A DNA stretch of 60,650 nucleotides, counting the filler, from Polymyxa betae A26-41 (Eukaryota > Protista > Endomyxa: Phytomyxea), in assembly GCA_003693705.1 (NCBI GenBank). It is 7 parts of 7 records of this genome, joined end to end, with 100 filler letters (N's around TTAATTAATTAA, not from the genome) between each part and the next. Parts side by side here need not be neighbours in the genome. Positions count along the whole stretch, not along the records: positions 23,530 to 45,192 come from RBZT01000529.1; positions 45,293 to 49,113 come from RBZT01000962.1; 5 more parts are not named here. One strand, 5' to 3'. Within the stretch, counting starts at the first letter, position 1. The number at the start of each line of letters is the position of its first letter. Positions 35,822-47,108 of the stretch are shown piece by piece. Under the pieces are notes generated by a model. That model was not told where the DNA came from. It was given only the letters and a program-made list of their open reading frames with translations, and did no database searches. The position numbers were made by a program, and so were the translations under genes.

Positions 35822-37983
35822 TTAGTTCATTTCTGGCATTTCAGTTGTCATTTGACATAGAGCTGGACATTGTTCTGACAATCCAGAACAATATTTCTGT
35901 CGGAATTGATCGTGGTCGATTTGATCTCCGAAAGTCTTGACAAAAAGCTCCACATCGTTATTAAAATGATATTGAAGGCAGCTCATTATGGGATTCACAA
36001 TATTAGTCATATAAGCGAGTAAACCGGAGGAACATTTCACCTTTTGTTGCTGAACTTGATCTGACAGGACTCGAATACAGTGAAGAAACGTCTTCTGAGA
36101 GATATTCAAAATCCAACAAAACCATTCGAAGTTATATCATACTGTTTGAAACCCTTTGATTTGATATCTAAGTAAACAATCATAGAGATTGTCGTGAACA
36201 GAATCTCGAACAAACTGGATACCACCAAGACCATTGGTCTCTGCAATTTGCTTTTCAAATCCACAAAGTGAACCTTCATTGATGTTGTGGGAACATTTGT
36301 CATGAAATTTGGAATGTGGAAATGGGCTTCTCCATCGAGACTGACAAGTTTTCAGATCTTTCTTGCAGCAGATAATGAGACAGCATAAAATCGGGACACA
36401 ACGAGCCTCCCATCCCAGTTACAACCATTTCTAGTCCATCCGTCCTCGCGAGCCCATACAAATTTCTTATATAAGCTGCAGATTAAAATGAGCTTCTGCA
36501 AAGTATTCGTAGCTTGAGAAATTTCACTGGTTTCTGTCAATTCCATCTCGACACCTTTAACTTGAATAATCAACGGATTGCTGGAGCCAGAAACCGCTTC
36601 ATTTCTACTTATGCAAAATGGCGGGTCTGTGAGGAACGCGCGTTCTTCGGCATCAGGCATTTTGTTCTGCAGAGAATTTAATAAGCACAAAGAAGAGCGA
36701 ATCCGAAACCTACCAGAAAGAAGCAGAGGCTGTCGTAGTCCGTGATATCGTTATCGAAGTTCAGTACCCTCTGCAAATATTGTTTTCGTTTTCGGCCTGA
36801 TTCAAAATGCAGCAATCGGCGGCGTTTCCGGGATTCTGTATCCGTGAGAGCAACATTCGTATCAGTTTCTGTAACAGGACGCTTTACAGGAAGCAGAGAT
36901 TTTAGAGGAGAGTGATTCTGGGTCTGGATATATCCACATTTACCTCCGGAGCATTTCACAATGAATTGAGAATGCGAGAACGGATTTCCCGAAATGGACT
37001 GGAACATCTCGAGATCTTTCGAGCAGCAATGTATGAGACAGCGAAATACTGGAACACAGACACCGTTCATCCAGTCATTCATAGATCGATTGCATTTCAA
37101 TAGGTCGCGACGAAGCGTCCGGATTGCGGTTAGTTTCCGATACAAACTGGCTATTAATATGAGCTTTTGTAATGTGCTCTTAGACAGAGCGATCTCCGTG
37201 ATTTCATGTATGAAAATATTGGTGCCATTCAGATCCACTGTTAATGGCTTCTTGACTCTTTTGGTATAATCCACTCTACAGCGGGAAGATTGCTGTGAGA
37301 GAGCTTGCAGCTCTTTGGCATTCGGCTCCTTGTTCTGAGAAACCATTTAATACAGCAGACTTCTGATAGAATTTGTTTTTACCAGAAACTGACATAGACT
37401 ATCATAGTCTGTAATATCAGCAATATTATGATTCAGAAGAAAGTCCAGATTCGATCGCGGAAATGATTCTGTTAATTGTTGCTCTGCAGGACGTGGAGCA
37501 GTTGATGTGTGAATAGAACCCCCTAAAGACAGATTTTCGTTGCAGAAATCCTGAAAAGAAAATTTCAGTCAAGAAATGGGCAACATGCTGCATCACATCA
37601 TACAGAGGAATTTGATAACGTCTCATATGGCTCCTGAACAGTATAATTTAGCCTGAGATATTCGCAGGATACAGCCCGTCTTACATTCAAATCGAAAGCG
37701 TGAGGGGAAGAACTTCGTCTTTCACTACCGATCTGGTCCAGGATATTCTGGACCTGATTGTGATGGAAAAGAGGCTGATTATCTGTATCTTGAGCTGGTC
37801 GGATATCAATGCCGCTCAATAACTATCCATTTCCCATTAATGACGAATCGACGGCTTATACAGAACGAACGAGCTTACCTCGGCTGGCTGCTCCATCGGA
37901 CTATTAATAAATTGCCCCATAAAGGTCTCATTGGTAGCGTCGCATATCAGCAGTATGACGAGGAAGATGCAGGAAGAAAGCAT
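35822..37983 (-). CDS. Secreted Cys-domain family, copy 2 (most complete, ~7 exons, one +1 frameshift near 36413)
   Basis: MLSSCIFLVILLICDA signal, ~50-nt phase-0 introns, two DYDSLCxFL|NKxP motifs, three LQKL..PV..CL..(C/H)..D...F...G..F.H..F...C units (third partial), RKRRR and RKRK motifs. Confidence 0.8.
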
Positions 37984-39387
37984 CTTGTGCATGACGACGT
38001 GTTTGACGAATCAACCATTCGATGAAGTCCGGGGCGGCGTATTGCGCAAATATCACAAAGAGACTGGTTCCAGTAGAAAATATCAGGAAAAAATCCCGGC
38101 TACAGACTAAGATTTTGACGGAGAAATTGTATCCGTAAAACTGCGAGATTCTCCGATTGACCATGTACCGGTAGGTAGATCAATATTTTACCATACGAAG
38201 TCACACGGAGAAATTTCCTGAAAGTGATGCAATTAATGAGATGGGTAAAAAGGCTGCTGATATCGGCGGCGAAATCGAGCATGACCCGGTGAAGTCATCA
38301 TACAAAGTCACACTGAACCAAGCTGAAAAACGTCTTAGTAAGAGATTTGTAATGGATAATGTCAAAAGAAGTCATTTTACAAACTATCCCGATAGAATCC
38401 CGCTCCGTGATGGATATCTGAGAGTCCGACAGAGACATGGAGTCACAGATATTCCTTTAAAATCGATAATGTGCTAGTAAATCGGACACGAGCAGGCCAT
38501 ACTCGATAGACGGTACATATTTAGAAACTTTGCATCGAAGAAAATACTACCTGTAGACACTGTAACGGAATAATAAAACAGATATCCTGAAACAATCGAT
38601 CATCTGCAGATTCTGTGCAAAAACCTCAAAACGCAATTCAGGAAATATAGACTCCAGTATAAAAGACGAGAAATCAGATTTAAACAATGCATTCTAAATA
38701 GAGAGAAATTCACGAGAACCATTCGGCAAGCAGCTCATAAGCACGGATGCTTCATACAGCAAGGTAGTGATGGAATCCAGTACGGATGTAATGTTAAACG
38801 AGTCCCAATCTGAAAATGAAAATCCCATGAGTGATGCTTCAAGTACGTTAACTCTGCTGAGCTATAATGCTGCAGTACTGGCCCTTCACAGCAGAATTGC
38901 GAATCTTGCTGTTGGAAGGGTTGCAAGAGCTTCCAGATTTGAACACGAACAACGTCACTGAATCTTTTTGTATGCACACGATAGACTGTGTAACATTCCA
39001 TCATTATAACAGGAAATCTACAACAAGCTGCCGATGGTATTTCATCTGTTTTCGTGCGAGTTGCGACTACTGCGATTGTTTGTGTCCACTTGTTCAACAT
39101 TGGTTGTTTTCTTGTATTCCACAATCGCTGTTTGTGGTGATTAATTATACAGTGCTAAACAGCTTGTTTTCTTCATATATTAACTAAATAACATCCACGT
39201 AGTCCGATATTGAGTGCCGAAAAATGTTTGTGGGACTTTTGCTCCCTGTCATGATGGAGCAGTTTTTGTTTGGTGAGCCTGAAGGCCGAAATGTAATCGC
39301 AGTGTCCAATCGTCATGAATCAGCAGACCCATCTCATGGAATCTGTAAGTTTTCGCAGCTCTTAGTTCTTGTTAACCCGATCCGGTT

Positions 39388-39900
39388 AGCCGCGTAGCGG
39401 CTGGTGTAGTTGGTTCATATGAGCGCAGCCACCGTGAGGTGCTGGGCTCGAATCAGGGTCAAGAATGGGTTTTTTGATCATATACATCATCCCAAAGCGG
39501 TACCAATTTGTGAAGCTAGTGGGGTACGGGGTGCAACTCCCCCTGTTTGGATTGGTCAAGTGACTACCCTATTCACATTGGCAGGTCTATACTCACTTCT
39601 ATAAGTGCTCTTAGAGGCCGTTGGACATTGGCAAACCCTTCATGAAAGTTGCAGGATTTGGGCGAAAAGCAAGCTGTGAGCAAGCTCCCCTGATGGTTGA
39701 ACTGCATTTCGACATGGTCAGGCGCCCCAGTGACTGAGTCCCATCAAGGTTACCGTATCCAAGAAAGATGTTATGTTACTGCAAAACATATGAACTCGAC
39801 AATTCCGTGAGTGGTCGAGCCCAGCGCAAGGGTTAATGCATCGCCTACCTCACTCATATCTATATATGGGTGTAACAAATAGATAAATCCAATCCAATCC
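39388..39900 (+). mobile_element. Full-length tRNA-derived SINE (513 bp)
   Basis: A box TGGTGTAGTTGG, B box GGCTCGAATC, (ATCCA)n tail, perfect 14-bp TSD AACCCGATCCGGTT (39374-39387 and 39901-39914). Confidence 0.9.
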
Positions 39901-40749
39901 AACCCGATCCGGTTCTGAGCGTTATGAAGAGTGTTAACACTAACAGGCAACACGGACAATCATCCGAGCAACCTCAGGACATGCTACACAAACGATTCAG
40001 CTGGCATTGAATCGTCCAATGTTAGGTCTACGGCTCCAACGAAGTGGGAAACACGTCCTGCGAATGGCTTGACGGATTCTCTCAGTTTGGAAGAACGTGC
40101 TGGAAACAACATCTTTTACTGGCGTTCAGGTGCAGTAGCCGCTCATGAAAGAAACGGCCGTCATGCTTGTAGACTTGAATGAAGTTTGATGTCCACTGAC
40201 AGCCAGAGAAGCTTTCTAGGCCTTTAGTGAAGGTGTATTCCGCGGCATTTGGATGCATTGGAAGGAATCTGATGTTTTCATCTGGCCTGAGGAAATGTGT
40301 CAGATTTTATAGATCCAACATTCAAGTGCCTTCAAACTCGCACAAAAAAAGCCATAGACGCACACCGTGGACCAAGGTTTAATCGAGGTGTTTTCAAAAT
40401 CGGCAAAAATGGCGTGCTGTATTGGGTTTTTAAGGCACTTTAAGCTTGTATTAAAGCATCGATCTAAAGCGTCGGAATGCGCAAATTTGATACCCATATT
40501 GTATCTTGAAGAAATTCTGTGATATATTCACATCATATTTATAATGACGAAACCACGGATTATATATTGTGTGAAGCTAAGCGATTACGATCAGGGTTTC
40601 CTTTCCACAAAGCACATTTTGTTATCCATTGAGACATCATCACAAGAATTGACACAATTTTCGCTTCGAAGCGATCTCCATTTTCAAATCAGATTTTCAG
40701 ACATTCGGTTCGCCATGTCCACGCAGTTTCGCAACCCCGACAATCAGAC

Positions 40750-43000
40750 TTCATTTGGTGTGGCCTAGCGATTGTCATCCTGATCCTGAGCCTATCTGAG
40801 TGCTTATCTACATACAGCTCTTCGCCTGGTAATGTTACATTCACTCTGGAACCGCCCCCTGATACGGTCTGTCCTCTCGCCCTCCCTACTACAGACACCA
40901 GAGTAACGTTATTCTGTCAGAAACATGTCACATCTCTTTATCATGCATTATAGGAACCGATACTCTATGATCCATATCCTATACATGATTTCTCGGATCT
41001 TCCCGATTTTAATAACCTCTTTGATCCCTTATTTGATCTGGATGTAGATTTTCTTGTATGAAATGATTATATAACTGGGATATTATGAAATTAATGAATA
41101 TTCAGATACTCAATGAGAATGAAATTCCTGAAACGATGGATATTCCACCTGATATGGGAAATTTATCATCATCAACATCTTTATTTCACCTTACAGATAA
41201 TGTTCCGGATTTACGTTCTATTCAGGAAACTACAAATGTAATGTTTCCTTATCAAGTCTCATGCCTTAGATTTCTCTAAGATTTTTCGTAATCAGAATGA
41301 TGAACCAGTTGAAACTATTTCCCGGAAACGTCCTCGTATTGAGGAGACATCATCGGCAGCCGACCTTCAGTATTCCTTCAATCATAATGTGAATGATATC
41401 AATGATTATAACAGTCTCTGCAAGTTTCTGGTGAGTTTTGAGCAGCCTTTCTGTCCGGCTGTATAATAACTGTAGATTAGATCAAAGAGCCGAATAATGA
41501 GGAACTTCAGTTTCTGTCTTCAGGGTTCAATGGTGATGCAGGTCAATGCTCCAAGATCAACTCTCAATTAGTTATTAATGTGAAAGGACATGATCTGGAT
41601 CTGAGCGAAATCAAACGAATCCGTTCTGCTCAGAGCACATTACAGAAACTGATTCTGATTGCGAATTTGTATCGGAAATTGATCTGGGCCTCCCGAAAGT
41701 ACGGATGGTTTTGGAACCAAGTTGATGGGAAAATACGAAATTGGATGTATATTGTGTGTCGTCCTGTATTGAGATGTGTCATGGAATGCTGTCAGAAAGA
41801 TCTCCGGAGATTTCAGATACTCTGGGGGAATCCCTTCAAACATTACCTTTACTTTGAGAAACGTTCCGGACATGAATGCCAATCCAAATTGTCCGCTGCC
41901 GATCACTCTACGAATCAGGTCCCAGATGGCTCTTTTGTCACTCCTCGTCTTCAGAGTGCCAACAAACCGTCCGTCAAACGGAGGAAATTGAGTTCTTCAT
42001 CAAAGAAGCTCGCTCAGTCCGTGTCTAACTATGTTCCTGATTTGATGAAATTGTGTGATTTTGGTGTGAACAAGATCACAGACTACACAACTCTGTGTGC
42101 TTTTCTGGTGAGATTTATTCTATTTAAATGCGGAATCTCACATTGAAACTTTCATTCAGAAAAAACAGCCTGATAATGACGAGTACGCATTTCTTACTTA
42201 TACGAACATATTTTTCCCATCAAAAGGGAGCAGAAAAAAGCCAAACGACCCCACTATTATCACAGTTCTCAATGATCAGATCATATTGACGGAAACCTCG
42301 GAATTTTCGGTTTCCAAGACCACTTTAGAGAAGTAGATATTGGCGGCCAGTTTATGTATGAAACTGGTTCGAGCCAAGATTACCGACCCGAAATTGAGTC
42401 TGAGACGTGAAGGCTGTGGTGATTGGCTCTATCGTGTGTGTTACCCTGTATTTTCATGTATTACAATATGCTGTAAGAATGATCTTCGAATTTTTCAATC
42501 TCGATGGGGAAATCCGTTTCCTCATAGCCGTTTCGTGGAGCTTTGTTCTAGGCAAAATGGCAAGAGTAATCAGTGCGGATTTGAGACTCTCATTGTCAGG
42601 GACAATGAGAGATATTCCATCGAATCACAACTAGTTCGTGATAGAAGAGACCCTTCTCATTGTGTATTGAGATATTCGATGATAGGATTCGAGACGGTAC
42701 TACTGTGTTCAAGGAAATTCGTATTTTCTAAATATATCACAGAAGCTCATATTGGAGTGTGTTCAGCGAATGTTTAATTCCCTGAAGAAGCAGAATTTGA
42801 TTCCATCATCTGATCTGAGTGAATATCTCGGAGATTCTCTAAATTCAATATTATACTGTCTTGAACATCATTGTAATAATGATGTTGAATATTTCACTCA
42901 TATATTTGGACATTATATAGATCATTATCAATTTCGGCAGAATCACTGTCCTGGACATTCTGGACACTGTCCTGCTCAATCTGCTCTTCATGCTGCTTAA
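40750..43000 (+). pseudogene. Secreted Cys-domain family, copy 3
   Basis: Hydrophobic leader LAIVILILSLSECLS, STLQKLILIANLYRKL..RPVLRCVMECCQKDL..WGNPF, second and third units to 43000. Damaged start and TAG near 42335. Confidence 0.8.
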
Positions 43001-43732
43001 ACAACACATTTCAAGAAATCTCTCTTAAACCATAAACAGCGTTGATATTTTGCACTAGTTGAAATAGTCGACTGATTTCCAGGAGTTTTCCTGCGGTTAG
43101 GGTTTTAAAAAACAATTATTTGTAGTGAGGGCTGGACCCTTGTGTATTGCGCTCAACTATGAATTGAATCACCAACAATTTTGCTGAACTCCATTTTATC
43201 CCGAGTCCCTCGATGGAAATCCCGGAATGGGATTTAATAGATAACTTGCAGAAAACTCTGCAAAAGCCGGCCACGAATGACCCACAGATATGGTCGTAAA
43301 TTCACATCTCATAGAATGCAAGGTCGAGGATTCTGAACACCTCTGTGACTGCAACTACCTTTCTTCTGAAAAGAGTTCGAACATGTCATAATCGGGGGAG
43401 ATCACATCTCAAGAACATAAAATTGAATCGGAAAAATCAAGGAGAATTTTAAAGGTATATAGGGCTGTAGAATATCAACTACGATGGAAAAAAGTTCAAA
43501 AAACAGCGAAAAAAATCGCATGCCCGAATTTGCACCACTTTCTGAATGCTTGTATGCTTAATGTATTATTAATGTTAAGAGCTATAATCACAATCCATTT
43601 TGCGAAACGCACGAATTTGAAATGCTCGTTGAAGCAAATTCGCGTTGGACAGTCAGTGAGTTTTTTGCGCAGATCTCGGATTTTTGAGAATCGATGATGT
43701 CTTTTCGTATCGGTCTTGTGGCTTTGGAATTG

Positions 43733-43939
43733 ATGTTTTCTTCGTGGATCTTCCTCGTGATACTGAGCACATGCGATGCCACCAACCCTGATGAGACCAT
43801 TATGGGGCGATTCATGAACAGTCCGGATAATCATCCGTCAGAGGTCAGCTCGTCCATCTGTATCTGTCGGTAGTAGCGGATTATTTAACGGAAATGTTTA
43901 GCTGCTGATTGACATTGATATCCGAACCCGTTCAAGATT
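43733..43939 (+). pseudogene. Secreted family, copy 4 (signal exon only, truncated at MULE)
   Basis: MFSSWIFLVILSTCDATNPDETIMGRFMNS. Near-identical to the reverse complement of 29633-29837. Confidence 0.85.
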
Positions 43940-45192
43940 TGTAGCGCGCAGATTACGGAGCGCGGCCTCCCAACCAACCCTAACCCTCGATAGTTGCGAG
44001 CCACGCCTGATCGCCGATCGAGAGCCGCCGCTGCACGAGTCAATACCGAGGCGTAATGACTCACCTGACCAGTACCAGTACTCTGACCCACCCGATTCTA
44101 TTTTTTAGTATTGAATCGGTTTTACATTACCGATTTACATAAACAGGGGAGATTCTCATTGGCTGGACGCCCGAGAACGTCTGCTGCTCAGGAGTCCCAA
44201 TCCTATCGCCATTCGACCCTGTGAGACGCGTTCCAGTTCCTGGACTAAACAAATGAGGTTACCGTAATCCAGGCTTGCGTTAGAATTCAAAGCGCATGCC
44301 TCTTCATTTAGGAGATGCACTTGCGCCAAGAATTCTGCACGCGTAGAGTCTTGCTTGGACGCCTCCTGCGCGATAGTCTCATGGAGTTCTTCATCAGCAA
44401 CAGCCTGGGCAGCGCAGTTGACACCAGCCACAATCTCCAGATCTGCTGGCGTCAGGAGTCCTTTCGAAGTTTTGAGGTTCTTCGGGTCAAACCATTTTTG
44501 GTGAAATGCAACTAAAAAAACGTTAGAAACAAGTCCAATGCGAATATTTCAATAGTTACCGGCAAACAAATGTTTGCAATGATGATCACAGCTTATGTAA
44601 TCGTGGCACGTACAACTCCAGCAATGCCGGCATGAACGACATAGCTGATACGCCATGCAGGGCAAGTCCCTTTTGAAGGTGTCGCTTACACCATTCTCCA
44701 GATCAGCTTCCTCGTACTCGTTGAAACAGACCTTATTGGCTTTCTGTGCAACAAAACACTTTTTCTGTCCGTCGTAATCAATAGAAACAGCGACTCCAAC
44801 ATCCATTGGAAACATTTTCGACGGTTGTTCCAGTAGATTTTTGACTGCTCTCTTGAACCTCTGTCTTTCACCGTCGTCGTTTGGCTCGTGGTGACACGAG
44901 TTTAACGATTTCGAGATGATGTTACGCTCCTCCACTATGAAACAGTTGCGGACCTTTTTTCAATAACATGCTCCGACAGTTTCAGAAAGCGCTGCTCTTG
45001 GAATGCTGTGGGTTTGTGTCCCGAATGCGCTGCGATGTGCTCGACGTCGACCTCGCCAGTGTGTAGTATGGTTGCCTCACATTAGAGACAAATAGACAAA
45101 CTGAGTCAATCGATGTCACTGATTGATCCAGTATATTAATCCATCTGAACGAGTCCGTGGAAAACCCTAGGGCCACTGTGAAAGACACCCAA
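43940..45192 (-). mobile_element. Internally deleted MULE-like transposase remnant
   Basis: WRKY/FLYWCH-like end TGEVDVEHIAAHSGH joined almost directly to a SWIM finger region CTCHDY..CKH. No DDE core seen. Confidence 0.65.
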
Positions 45193-45958
45193 NNNNNNNN
45201 NNNNNNNNNNNNNNNNNNNNNNNNNNNNNNNNNNNNTTAATTAATTAANNNNNNNNNNNNNNNNNNNNNNNNNNNNNNNNNNNNNNNNNNNNTAGTTCCT
45301 TTCGTCCCCTTCATCTAGCCTCAGTCACTCCCCTTACATAGAGGCAGTCAAAAAAGTGACGATGAATTCGAGACTAAACATCAGATCTCTAGGTTGCACA
45401 GATGAGTATTCCAACAAGCACACTGGATGACGTAAGCTATATGATATATATCTGACCTTGCAGCAGTGCCTGATGAGCGCAATGGAAGTCGATGGCGGGA
45501 ATATATGTAAAATCAAAAATACGCCGAAAGATCAACTCGACAGAGCCGACTCTCTGTTTCTGTCGATTTCGTGTGATCCTGTCCTGGTTGAAAATGTTAA
45601 ACAAAAACTTTTAAATCAACAATAAACAGCATTTTTCAGCAATTATGGAACTGGACATTTATTTTCGGACAACGCATAACCACGGAATCGGACATTTATT
45701 ACCGGACAGAAGGAGTAATAAACTCCGAAGGCCGAAACAAAAGAGGCCTGCCGTAGTGGTTCGGATGATTGGGGGTGCCTCAATCATCTCTCGTTATGCC
45801 TTGGATTCTTGTTTTATGGATATGGAGATAAAAAATTCGTTTGTATTATTGAGCAGAATTCGTCACAGCAGAGCAGCAAAAACTGCGCTCAGAATTTTTA
45901 TGAGCTTTAAAAACGCCAAAATTCGCACGATCGACTTTCAGACTTGACTGGCCTGGAG

Positions 45959-47069
45959 ATGGTTTTCCAAGCGGTTCCCTTCCTGATACTGTGCCTATCA
46001 CAGTGCTTGGCTACATTCAGTTCTAATGATGCAGACTGTCTCGAACAGACTCATGTTGGTGTCTCTCTTCCCGACCTTCAGATTATAGACACAGCAGTAA
46101 TATTGATCTGTTAGAACGAAAGCTTCATCTTTTCAACATGCATTATAGGAGCCCATTCACCATAATTCATATTCAATTGAATATAACTCGGATCTTCCCT
46201 ATTCCAATAACATCTTTGATCCCTCATATAATCTGGATGCAGATTTTAATGTATGAAATGATTATAACTTTCAGATTATGAAATTGATTTATTCTTCAGA
46301 TATTCACTGAGAATGACATGTTGGCCACTCCACCTGATGTTGGAACATTAACATCTTTATTACACCATTCAGATAATGTTACAGATTTACCTCATATTCA
46401 GGAATCTATCAATGTAATGTTTCATTTTCAAGTGTCCTCTCTTAGACCTCGCTGAGATTGTCATCATCAGATTGATGGACAAAATCTTCTTACAGACTAT
46501 ATGAATGAGACTCATGTTACTGTCTCTCCTCTCGGCTTCCACGTTACAGACACCACAGTAGCATTGTTTTGTCAGAAAGAAATCACATTTCTCTAACATG
46601 ATTATTATAGGAACCGATTCTCTATGATTCATATTTAATCCAAAATTACTCGGATCGTTCCGATATTAACAACTGCACAGATTTTACCTTTGATTTTAAC
46701 GTGGATGTAGATTTTAATGTATGGAATGATTATATATCTGTTATCGTATCAAATTCATTTCTTTTTCAGATATTCAATGAGAGTGAAATTCATGAAACAT
46801 CGGACACCCCGCCTCATATTGGAACGTTATCAACATCAGCATCTTTATTACATCATACAGATAATGTTTTGGATCTACCTTCTATTGAGGAAACTATACA
46901 TGTAATGTTTCATTATCAAGTTTTCATCTCTTCAAATTCTCTGAGACTTTCTTTATCAGAATGATGAGCCAATTGAAACTCCCAGAAACGTCCTCGTATT
47001 AACGAGACATTATCTCCAACCGACCTTCTGTATTCCTTCAATCAGGATGAGACTGATATTAATGATTAT
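45959..47069 (+). pseudogene. Secreted family, copy 5 (5' part with duplicated exon block, cut by the YR element)
   Basis: MVFQAVPFLILCLSQCLA signal. Exons homologous to 40800-41410. Homology stops at aatgattat (47069). Confidence 0.8.
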
Positions 47070-47108
47070 TTTCAACAACCTCGTCAGCGCGAAAAGTATA
47101 CAGCAAAA

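Noticed and set aside
39395-39462. Functional tRNA gene
   Set aside because: A and B boxes are present but there is no proper acceptor or anticodon stem. It is the SINE head.
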